From assembly GCA_030141605.1 (NCBI GenBank), contig JAQGDQ010000218.1:62001-126000 (forward strand): a stretch of 64,000 nucleotides of DNA. The letters run 5' to 3'. Under the pieces are notes generated by a model. That model saw only the letters and a list, made by a program, of their open reading frames with translations, searched no databases and was not told the DNA's origin. Every line of letters starts with the position of its first letter. The stretch's first letter is position 1. Shown here one piece after another: positions 23,901 to 35,900 of the stretch. Position numbers and translations under genes: made by a program. Source of the stretch: Tubiluchus corallicola (Eukaryota > Animalia > Priapulida).

Positions 23901-26900
23901 GGAAGAAGAGTGTTTAAGGTGCCCACAGAGTACTAATGGGAGAGGGCTGCAGACCAGAGCCTTGCATCTTCGAGATAATGAATGCAAGGAGGTCACGAGT
24001 AGGTTACGAAGCTACCGGCGGTCTGTCTCCGCCGACCGGAGCTTATATGTGGAGACTAGCGGCGCTGTAGATGATAAATATTTGAATAAAAAACGAGTGT
24101 GCAGAGATTGCAGTAAAAATGTGATTAGCAGAAAAAGGCGTGATGCGCGTAATAAGTGCCAGAGTAATTTGAGAATGGCGGGTATAAAAAGGGGTGATTG
24201 GAAGGCCGTAAGAGAGCCTCGATCTATCAGGTCCATAAGTAACAGAGAATCATTAATCACCCAGCCAACATGTTTTGTTGAGCTAAATGGACGACCGACA
24301 CGCTTATTAGTGGACACGGGCGCTTCCACCTCGTGTATATCCCTAAGATTATATAAAAAACTAGGTATGGGCGCTCCTAATGTAAGCAACAAGAAATTGA
24401 AAGGTGTCACAGGCATGGCTATGCCTATAATTGGCGAAAAAGTTATTGAAACGAAATTTGGGATTAGTAAAGTACGCCTCAGATATCAAATAGCAGAAAT
24501 GAAACAAAATGCTATATTAGGGATAGACGCCTTACACAGTCTGGGCGCGAGTTTGGACTGTGGAAGGAAGTTGTTATTTATTGGGAAAGAGGCCCATTTA
24601 CTTGCTTTAAATAAAGTTCGCGAACAGGAGCTTGATATTTTACTCGCAGATGAAAGCGTTTACCTACCTAGCTATAGTGAGATAACTATGCGTGTTCGAT
24701 TTAAACGAGATAGGCCTTGTGGACAGCTATTATGTGTTGAAATGGCTGAAAATGCACCCGTGTTTAAGAACCGCTCAGACGTAGGTTTTGAGGCTGGTTT
24801 AATTGGGGTAGAAGACGGGAGAAAGAGCTCCCTACTTCTACGAAATAATTCGAGTAGGCCTATCAGAATTAAGAAGAATAATGTACTTGGCACTGCGCAA
24901 CAGGTTAGCATAGCAGATGTACATGCTATTGCGATGACGAATAGTCAGAAGATTAAAGGCGGTTCGGATGATATTAATATAGAAAATAGTCAGGAAAGGT
25001 ATCGAGATGATAGCCTTCGCTGCATGCCCGCGCGAAACGAGGGAATGTGGCGGTTTCCCCAGGTCTCTAATGACCGACAATTAGCAGTCAATGCGATGGC
25101 TAGAGGCAAGATGCCTAATGATAACGCGCGCAGTAGGGCAGCAGATAATTATCCACAAGAGGGTGGACTCAAGGTTCAATATGATAATAGGGGCGGAATG
25201 TTTGTAGAACTCAGAGATTTAGAGGGCCCTTCGGCCAGTGAATTTACGGTGAATATAAAGGATGGTTACAAACCATGGCGATATCATGATGGAATTTCGG
25301 GAGAACAGGTAGATGCTGAGTTTAACTTGGATCATTTGGCTCCCATTTGGCGATCAAAGCTAGAAAAGTTATTAAATAGGTGGAAAGGGGTGTTTGCTAG
25401 CACTGACCTAGAACTAGGGCAGACCAAATTAGCTGAAATGAGAATTGACACTGGTGACGCGGAACCTATTCGATCAAAACCGTATCGAATACCCAATAAT
25501 TTAGAAAAAGAATTAGATAAGATTATTCGTGAATTATTGGCAGCAAAAATTATAGTACCAGCTAATAGCCCATGGGCGTCACCTTGTTTATTAGTTAAAA
25601 AGGCTGATGGAAAAAGCTATAGGTTAGTGATAGATTACAGGAAGATTAATAAGTGTGTAAAGTTCGACGCCTATCCTAGTCGAACCCTTTCCAATTTCAA
25701 AGACAAATTACAGGGGGCCAAATATTTTAGTTGTCTAGATTTAAGACAAGGGTTTTTACAAATACCTGTTCACCGAGATGACCAGCCCAAAACAGCCTTT
25801 GTGACCCAAGGCGGGGCGTACATGTTTACTCGTAGCCCCATGGGTCTTTTAACTAGCCCATCAGTGTTTTGGCGGGTCATAAATAAGTTATTAGATGGAA
25901 TAACGGATAAATTCAGTATAGCCTACCTGGATGACATTCTTGTGTACTCAAAATCCAGGGAGGAACATTTACAACACTTACAAGAAGTGTTTAGACGTTT
26001 AGAGGAGGCGAATTTGCGCCTGAAGCCGTCAAAATGTCAATTCTTTAAGACAGAAGTGCAGTTTCTGGGGTATATAATTAGCAAGGATGGATTAAGGCCC
26101 GACCCCGAACGTGCAAAAGTAGTACAAACAATGGACCGCCCAGTAAATGTGAGAGGGGTGCGAAGTTTTATAGGTAGTTGTAATTACTACCGAGCTAACA
26201 TACCGAGATTTGCAGAAATAGCTCGGCCTTTAACAGAGTTAACTAGAAAAAATGTTAAATTTGTATGGGGGAATGCCCAAGAAAAAGCTTTCAAAGAGTT
26301 GAAAGCGGCATTATTGAACCCCGTTATGTTAACGCACCCAGACACGGAGAGGCCCTATATTTTATATACAGATGCAAGCTTATATAGTGTGGGAGGTGTA
26401 TTGACTCAAGAAATTGATGGAGAGGAAAGACCAGTAGAATTTTTCTCTCATCAATTAACACCTACCCAGCATACGCGATAATTTACGGTATACGGAAGTT
26501 ACACCATTATCTGTATGGTAGTCGCTACGTGATACGTACAGACCATAAGAGTCTGCAGTATTTGCTTGAGAGCAAACAATTAAAAAATGCAAAATTAGAG
26601 AGATGGGCCTTGTTACTATTGCAACAAAATGCGAAGATTGAGTATTGTCCCGGGAATAAGAATCCCGCGGATCATTATAGTCGACTACCAATGAAATTAA
26701 TGGAACCGCAAGCAAAACCGCCAATTAGTAAAAGAGATTTAGATGCTAGGTTGCGCCGCCTAGAGAGTAGAAGAAATACTCATGAATTAGCCGCTATAGG
26801 AAATGATAGTTCGCCATCAGAGAGCAGTACAGTTGATGATCCAGCACGCCCAGAGGCCTCTGCTGAGACCCTTACTGCGGATGGTCGATCTAGCTCATTA

Positions 26901-29900
26901 GAGAATAAAAATGAAAATAGGGTTCAGTCTGCCAATTCTTCTGGGATATTATTTCCGAAGAAGAAAGTGCACTTGCGCGAAGAAGCATTGCTTAAACGAA
27001 ATAAAGTTAATGTAGGTACTGAGACTGGCCGACAGCCAGGTCCGGAAGTGACCCGATCAGAGGTCACTGAGTTAACGACAGACAGTAGGGTAAAGGAAGC
27101 GTTAATAGATAAGAAAAGATTTGCCTTGTTGCAAAGTCAAGATGCAACGCTCTCCTACTTAATTCACGTCATCACCAGCCCCAAACAATCACAGGAGGCA
27201 TACAGGTTAATGGAGGATTATGCCATTAATGATGACGGGTTATTGTGTCGTATTAATAAGAGATATGGGGAAAATGAAGGGAGTTATTATTTGATAGTCG
27301 TCCCTACAGTGCTAGTAGAAGAAATTATAAGGGAAATACATAGTTCTTACGCCGGAGGACATTTTGCGTTGGCTAAAACGGTCAACAAGGTTCTTATAAG
27401 GTTTTGGTGGTCCACCATCCGGCAAGACTGTAAGAAATTTATAGAGAATTGCCCCACATGTAACAGGAAAAGTAGGAATGTGGTAAAGTTCCCTATGCAA
27501 GAGGCACCAATTCCAATAGTGCCCTATCAAACCGTGGCAACCGACATCGTAGGTCCTTTACCTACAACAGAGAATGGAAATAAATATATAATTACGTTTA
27601 CTGATTTAGCTACTAAATGGGTAGATGCCGTTGGCATACCTGATAAAAAGGCAGAAACAGTGACGGAAGCATTTGTTAATGAAATTATCTGTAGGTACGG
27701 TGCCCCAATTAAATTGTTAACTGACAATGATAAATCGTATGTAAACGATATGACCAAGAGATTGACTAAGCACTATGGGATACGACATATTACAATAACC
27801 CCATACAACCCCCCAGGCAATGCAATTGAGGAACGTCAACATGGAACGTTGATGAGTTTATTAAGGCAGCTAACGGACAAGGATCCCGGGAATTGGGACA
27901 AGCATATCCCAAGGGCCTTAGCCGCCTATAGGACCTCAATCCATAGTACGTCGGGATTCTCACTGTACTACCTGTTATTTGCGCGTGCGCCGCGAGGAGT
28001 GATAGAAAATCACTTGGCAGAACCAGAGAAATACGTGGGAGAAGATTACTTTGAGAATTATTTGCAAACAATGCATCAGGCATTTGTAGTAGCAAAGAAA
28101 AGAACCGAAGTGGCTAGGGCAAAGTGTAAGGAATTATATGACAGAAAGGCTCATACGAGACATTTTAGAGCTGGTGATGTGGTATTTTATTATAACCAAG
28201 CCACGAAGCCAAAAGCTTCCAGGAATTTACACCAGTATTGGGAAAGCAACTATGTTGTACTAACAAGGTTGGGTAAACACAGGTATAAAATTAAAAACAT
28301 GGACACGGGTCGAGTCAGAACGTGTCATGTGACCCACTTGCGCCTAGTCCCTCCCACAGCTGCCTGGTCTATTAAGCCAGGAGCTCGAAAATTAAATAAA
28401 GCAGGCAGACCTCTGCGTAGAGCTGCCCGCGTGTCAGAACCCGAAATCTCCCAGGAAGGAGAAGATTTCAGTAAGCGGGGTCAGGAGGGGTCAGCTCCTG
28501 TACTCACCTCTTTGCCAGAGGCAACAGTAAGTCAAGAGCAAGAGGGTAGTGAAAAGCCTACCGAACCTGCCGAAAGTTTGGCATGGGATCCCTTTGACGC
28601 TCCGTTCTTACAGTCAGATAGGGAGAACGGAGATAGCCTTCCGGAACTTAGGTTAGGTGACCTCGGTGAAGGGCCATCTGAAGAAGAAGAGACACCCCGC
28701 CCAGGTATCCCGGAAGATGAAGAATCAGAGATTTCTAGTGGTACTCCACCACCACTATTAAGACCTGATGAAGTACACTCTAGCGCCACAAAGCGACCTA
28801 GAAGTGATAGTACTAGTGAGCTCTCCGAAATTAGTGCGAAATCAAGACGCACTGAGAGCGATGCGGCTTTCAGCGAAGTCTCTAAAAAGAGCAGTGCTGA
28901 AGGGTCGGAAGATGAGGATACCGGACCTCCCCAATTAGAACGAATTATATCGGTATCTCAAGTGAAAACCCAGGATAAGACGCCTGAGGGATGGTTCAGC
29001 ATTTTGAAACGCTGGTCGCCCTATTAAGAAAGTGTTTAGCAAAATGGGCAACGAGTGTCTGCACGATAAAAATATTAGAATGACCTAGAAGATTAATGGG
29101 AAATTTAATTTAGAGTAGAAGCTTGATTCGAAAATAATGGAAATGTTTAGTAAAGAGCCAGCCGAACTATATTAAAGCTTAAGTAGCAATAGATAGGCAC
29201 TAGTGATATCTAGCACCCAGTTCCCAGGTTGCAGCGTAAAAGTAAAAGGTAAACACAGAGTTCTAGCAGGGTTAGTAAAGTTAGAGCCGGAACTAACTTA
29301 CTAACCCAGCGACAGATGGCGTCACTGAGTGATCTCAAACCCCTGGCATGGGACGCTGTGCTAAGATTGTTTTCACAAAATAGTGAGCCATTCCTCGCAG
29401 CTTGAACCTATTAAACGTACATTAAATAAGTAAGAGATTAGAACTCTTCTAAGAATTTGTTGGTAAGATAATGTACGGAGAGTAATGGATAATTGTAGAA
29501 AATCTATAAGAGTATTTGGAGTAAAAGATAAATGAAAAGGCTTACAACAAAGCCATTAATACATTGCTGCAAGGTGTTTACACGAAAGTGAAAGTTTTAC
29601 ATAATAGAGGTTAGAGAGAACCGTAAGGGATATCCATTTAAATAAGAGTAAAAAGGGGAACTGAAGGTGGCTGGAGCTTGTCCGTTCTGATTGGATCCAT
29701 TAGAGCGAGACAGGTAATAGAAGAATCAATAGCTAGGTCGCATAGGAAAACGTTTACTGGGAGTAAACAAGAAAGGAACAGACAGTGCAGATAATTAGAA
29801 CTCGACCCATATTAAAATAGAATGCTGCCAGAGGTACAGTTCACCCACCAGGAGCTCATTGGTGAATAAGAGGCACAATTTGCTGCTAAGGCATAGGTCT

Positions 29901-32900
29901 CGAACGGTACCCTGTGGTGGTATATGAATCGCGCGCGCAGATTAAAGGGAAAGAGTGTGTATTTTGACACACGGTAGCTAAACACACTATATTGTAAGAG
30001 TTCAGGTAGAACTCGCGCTGTTCGCAAGCGGGTTAGTCTAGTTATAAAACTCTTGATATACTTAGCCTCGTATTAGGTTAGGAACTAACTTTCCGCACAT
30101 GCGCAGCGAATTGATTAAATCAAAGTAAGATTAAGGAATAAATGCTTACTGATTATAAAGGGAACAGTAGGACTGTTCAAAGAGAATTAAATGCATGCAT
30201 GCGAAATAAATTTATAGTAACCATGAGTAACTATAGAGCGTAAAGAGACGCACAAATAATTAGATGATTCTGATGTTGTTTGCGAGCGGTTTAGTTTAAG
30301 TTTAAACTTACAAAAAGCTTAACTTCTAGCAGGTTAAGAGCTAATATCCGCATACGCACAACCGGTCTAATGATGAATAGTAAGGTTGGAATGTAATGAC
30401 TTACTAATTCAGGAAAGCGGTTAGGGGTACTCTAGGGGGAGGAAAGTACCCTTAACATACGCAATTAAGGGGCGTATTGCGCCATCACAGGAAACTACTG
30501 TCAGGTTAAAAGTAAAACCGAACATAAGTAGTATAAGGACTAGAGGTTCGATAAGGTTTAAATAAGGAACCTAACCTCTGGCACGACGGACATGATCCCT
30601 GAATATATGAAATTACCAGTGACCCAGGACGAGCTAGACTTTGACGGGACAGACTTTAACGTGACCCTAGATGACCTAATATTGGCCAACATAAGTGCCC
30701 ACAAAACGGTCTGGAGATAACGAGAGGGTCGATTAATGAAAAGTTTATTGGCAAATGAAGCCATACATAACAGGCTGGTAACATTGGATGATGGTAGAGA
30801 AACCACCCAATTAGGTTTAAAGGGATCGATGTAAATAATTTGTACATGATGAACTTATGATACTGCAGAATGTATTTTATGTTACAGAAGGATGGGACCA
30901 TTGGAAATGGAAGGCGGGAAGAAGATGAAGTCGGAAAAGACAATAAGGGGTATCTGACGAAGAATCTCAGGAGATCAATGGAATCACAACCCCGGTCCAG
31001 GAAGTCGGAAAGACCCGATGGACAATGGTATCCCGCCACCATGACCTCCAAGATGGAATGTCCCATAAAATATTAAGATGTAACATGTAATGTTGCTAAT
31101 GTATCTAATTAAGGAGCTTCCAAAAGTTAAGATCTTAGATCAGATCATTAAATTCGTGCTACATCTGAGGTGAGTGTTAGGGGAGGAAAGTTGTGGTGAA
31201 TAAATTTATAAATCGATGATTTTCGATATTTTGGTATAAAAGATGCCTGCCTCCCTGATTGCATGAATAAATTTACAGATCGTGCGATAAGAAACTCACC
31301 CAGCTGAGAAGCTCGGATTTAATGAACTGTAAACAGCGTAGGTTGTCAGAACTAAAAATAGCGTTTACGTCAGGACACTCTAAGATGCTTAGGATAATTA
31401 GCTAACATTAAGTCGAGACAGATGTACCATTCATAATGAGCGATATGCACAAAATTGCTAGTAATTAACAAAACTCTGCGAGGTCATTGTTTCTTGAAGA
31501 AAGAACACGGATACGTTTTACGGGCGTATAATGACTGCGTCTTCAAAACTTGTCCCATAAATTTTGTTGCTTCATACGACGCAGAAATTGTGGAAGGTTA
31601 CTGCAAGGTTACTTCAATGAAATATAAGCCCCGAGTTCGAATAACTCAGCGCTAGTTCCAGCCAGTACATCTCGAAAAGTACTGGAACAAGACACGTGTT
31701 GTGTGTACGGGAAATCACACGGAGGGCTGTTTGACCGACAAGACAACTCTGGAAGTTCAGCGTGGACATCTTTCTGCGTTCCTAGGATAATCTGGGCACT
31801 GAGCAAACGAGAAATCTTGTATCAGCTATCGGAATTGACCAAATTGTATTGTACATTGGGTCAAATCCGCAGAGTTAAGTACTCTTAACATATTGGTAAA
31901 ACTGAGAATTAACTGTGCATATCGTCAGTAGTTCGTATAAGTTCACATTGTACTATAGTGAGGATAAGTGTAAAGTATACACCTTAGGTGATAGGAATTA
32001 GGAATTGAAGAATTGTTCAGAGAGATACTTTTGGGAAGCTAACAAAATAGTTGTGAGCGTCAAAAGCGCTTAAGGACTAAATCTTGTAAGATATACTTAA
32101 GCCGTAATTATTGTAAATCAATAAACCAATTCTCTTTGACATTTAAAGTGTGAGTTAATGTATGTTATCAGTGTTTAACTCAAGCAACACTATTTCCGAT
32201 ATACGAATCTGATTAGTTCGCTTTGAATTAACTGTCGTCCATATTGCGGGGGCGTAGCTAGGAAACTTGAGAGATATAGACCTTTTCTCACAACGCGAAG
32301 GTCAAGGTGAAGTTTAGATAAGACGATCATTGCTTACTAGACTGATATCCAAAGCTCTCGGAGTCAGGTGAAGGATTCACCTTATAGCATTTAGGAGTTA
32401 AGCGGACATATTAAATTCAATCTATACGATACATAGATTTAAGTCACCTTACACTATACGATCTAGATTAACAGAAACATTAGGCATTTTAATTTAAGAA
32501 GGTGATATTATTTTATCATGGGCTCTTGGACTATTAGTATACAACGACTAAGAGCTATCAATGAAACAAAATTGTCTTACTGCTGTGTGAACTGGAAGCC
32601 AAGAGGTTTATTTCAAATTTTCCAGAAAACGCATAATTACAAAAACCAGCAGGACAACTGTTCTACTTACGGTTACAGGTTCAGCGTCCATGAAGATATT
32701 CTTTGATTGAGCCATCATATCTAGCGCCAGTATGGCAATGCATTTAGCGTGAAACGGACATGGTTCTGGCAAACCACTTACTGCCATATATTTATCGCCA
32801 ACAGTCTCTACCTACAGAAATACAGAAGCTAGTGATTTTCTTATGATGAGCAAAAATAATTGTATTAATGACTGGTAGTCGTCGCACTGAAGTAAAGTTA

Positions 32901-35900
32901 CTGCAAGCACAGTGTACCTGTCCATAAAAAATGTTACATTAAATATCTATTTCACAAGTTTGTAAAGGCCATGTGATGTTCCACACCTTCTTCTAAAGGG
33001 CATTTGTTCGCAAACAGGTTTCCTTGGCACGGAAAGTGGTGACTTGATCAAGGGGCTTGTCAGAGATGGCGATGTTGCATCCATTACCAATAAAATAATT
33101 AACTCACCGACTTTCTTAAACACCTTGTTTAATTCAATACACTGTAAGTCGTTTTATGCATTCCGCACAAAGCTTAGGTATGTAAAAATATCAACAAACT
33201 TATTAAACACTAATTATGACACAACAATTTTTCTCAAATACTGGTACGAAATGGTGGTACGAAATGCGTAGAATTTTACAACTTATTTAAATTTTCCATA
33301 TTGCCTGTAAAATATAGTCATAATCACTGCAATGGAAATACAACAGCCGAAAAATCCTGTTGCTTTTACGAAATCACATCTAATTAATTGAAACCAAATT
33401 TGAGACAGGAAATATGAGAAGTTGGAACACAGCCTGGAAATGAACCAGGGACCTTCGGCATACAAGGCTGACGCCATAACTATAACGCCACTGTGTTTAT
33501 TGGTGATCATTGGTTCATCTATCCATTACAGCTGGTTAGCAGCTGTAACAACACTGGTCATTCAACATTTTCAATATTAAATCGCTCACGCTAGAATAAT
33601 TGTAACTATTTAGACAATTTTTTTATTTTAATTAACTTTGAGCTTGAAGTTTCCGTGGGTGATTAATCAATTATTTATAATCTTAGTGTCAAGTTTATGA
33701 TTAGTGATGGTACAAACCCACAATTAATTAATCGAATTTTGATATCAAACTCGAAAGAGACGGGCCAATAAAATCAATAAAATTTAGTTATTCAATTCGA
33801 AACAAACAAGCAAATTACAAAATCGACTATTAACTTTTTGAATTATCAAAGTTCTTTACAACATCTTAACCTAAATAAGCACTCATATGTCCACATGCTT
33901 GCTGTCCATAAAAACTAACGCACTTGGAAATCCCAGAATTAATAAACTTCTACACAATATACATAAATATAATGAAAAACAGAATGTCAATGTAGATTAA
34001 TTTTGATTTTTTAACATTACAGCCAGCTAAAGTTTTGCAACTTACATGCCAAAAATGAAATCGAAAACCACAATTGGGCTTAAGACTTGCTCCCACTATG
34101 GCCTTCCCTTATTTTGTCCGCCTACGAGAGATTCCATCCACTGATGAACAGACTTATGGGCCCAAATCAGTGTGCCCAAATGTACATCTACGTCTATCTC
34201 CTGAACCAACATGGGTTTATTCAGTTAAAATAAGGACCTTATCAAGTTGTGACATTGTAGGATTACCTAGTTACAATAATATAGGTCTTACATTGACTCT
34301 GTGTGGATTTACATGGTTAAACCTAAAGTCTTACGTTTATAGGCCTACCCAGCTGTATAATGTGATTAGCCAAATTGTAAGGTCCCTCACACAGGTTTCC
34401 ATCATACAGTACAGCTTGCTTAATTATCAGATATTTCCACAATCATGTAATGAGCGCATACATAAAACGTACATGGCACTATTACCTTACTAGTGCTCTA
34501 TATTGCAATTATGATTATAAATTATGTTGAACTAAAATTCTTATTTTTGTAGATTTTATCTTTAGTACTAAGTTATACAACCAGATGATGTTTAATATTG
34601 CAATGCAGTTGCCGGTTAACATGCAATACTGATAGCCTAGCCGTCCAAATAAATAGGCATTATTTATACGCTTACCCTAATTAAATTAAGGAGAATAGTT
34701 TGAAACAATTTATAATCGTGCTTTTCATTGCTAAAAGGAAACCACAAAATATAATTTGAAATACGAAATTACATTTATAACAAATTTACTGGTATTAAAT
34801 CTCCACCATGCGACGTCCATGAACCATCTTATCTTCTTGAAAAGTACATTTCACAATTCTTCACGTAAAGAAGAAGTTCTGTGTTATATTAATTGTTGAG
34901 ATTTGGCCCATGATCCACAAAAATTTATTTGCTTAAACTTTTCAGTTTTTTACTTACGCGTATAAAAATCATAATATCCGCAACTTACTGGTAAGCGATT
35001 CTTTCTCTTTAGTTCTACATTTATTTGCATAATTGAACACAAAACAACACATAACTGTTTTCTGTAAAATAATAGCGCAAAAGCACGAAACAAATAAAAC
35101 AGCCGCTGATGAGAGGGCCTGGCTTACGAGTACCTTTTCAGAACAAAGCTGGTTTATTTTCAGGGCAAATAATTCTATTTTAAATGTAAACATTTAAGAT
35201 TTCAATATTCAAAATTTGCTTACGTACTGCATCAGCTCATTTTACTTGCTGCAATTGAAGTGTTTCTTGTATCGCGGGTTGTTTTCAATTTTTAATAATT
35301 AAAGGAAAACAGGATGATTTTTCAAATCCTACCCCATTTAGTATACATTTTAACACCTATAAGAATGCCAAAGCGTTTCTGGTGATTAAATAATAGGTTA
35401 CAAGTTTAACTAATGGCGGGCGAGCCCAAGTAGCGATGACATCACAACTGAACATCATTTTCAACAACAAAACATTCCGTTGCACGTGTTTGCGAAAGCG
35501 AAAATTGAAGTACAGTGCTACTGTACAACAGTCTGTATGATATACAAATACAAAATTTAAATTTCAAGTTTACCTCTGTGCCCATGCACAAGCTCTCGAA
35601 CGTGGGCACTACGTCATAACTGGATACCTGTGAACTGAGAGGTACAGCACCTGTTTTTTGCAACGCGTTTCCGAGATGCAGGCATTAGTGCCCATCTAAC
35701 TAGCGAATGGCGAACCGTATGTAACGGCGAAGAACTAACCACGCCAACATGAAATTACGTTTCTGTGACACTAATTCTTTCATTCTTGAAAAGCAGTATG
35801 TTCCCTTTCAACATTTTATAAGGTAGATTGTTTCGAGCTATAATTTAAGATTGGGTTAGGTTTTCTTTTGGCTAATAATAGTACCTGCCATCAAATGTAG

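Larger units (their letters stand above)
21780..32507 (+). mobile_element. Ty3/Gypsy LTR retrotransposon (10,728 bp), antisense inside an sGC beta intron
   Basis: Two near-identical LTRs, TTAT TSD at 21776-21779 and 32508-32511, PBS, PPT, and gag-PR-RT-RH-IN domain order. Confidence 0.97.

Noticed and set aside
24097-24160. Gag CCHC zinc knuckle (CRDC...C)
   Set aside because: His is absent and spacing is wrong; at most a degenerate remnant
26461-26529. Programmed ribosomal frameshift between the two pol ORFs
   Set aside because: No slippery heptamer, and conserved RNase H residues are missing, which indicates a deletion
30030-30090. Copy 1 of the RNA motif resembles a type III hammerhead (GUC, CUUGAUAUA, GGAAC)
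   Set aside because: The core deviates from CUGANGA/GAAA, and copy 2 has CAAAAAG and AGAG at those positions, so catalytic nucleotides are not conserved
29028-31190. Intact env gene
   Set aside because: No long ORF, signal peptide or transmembrane segment
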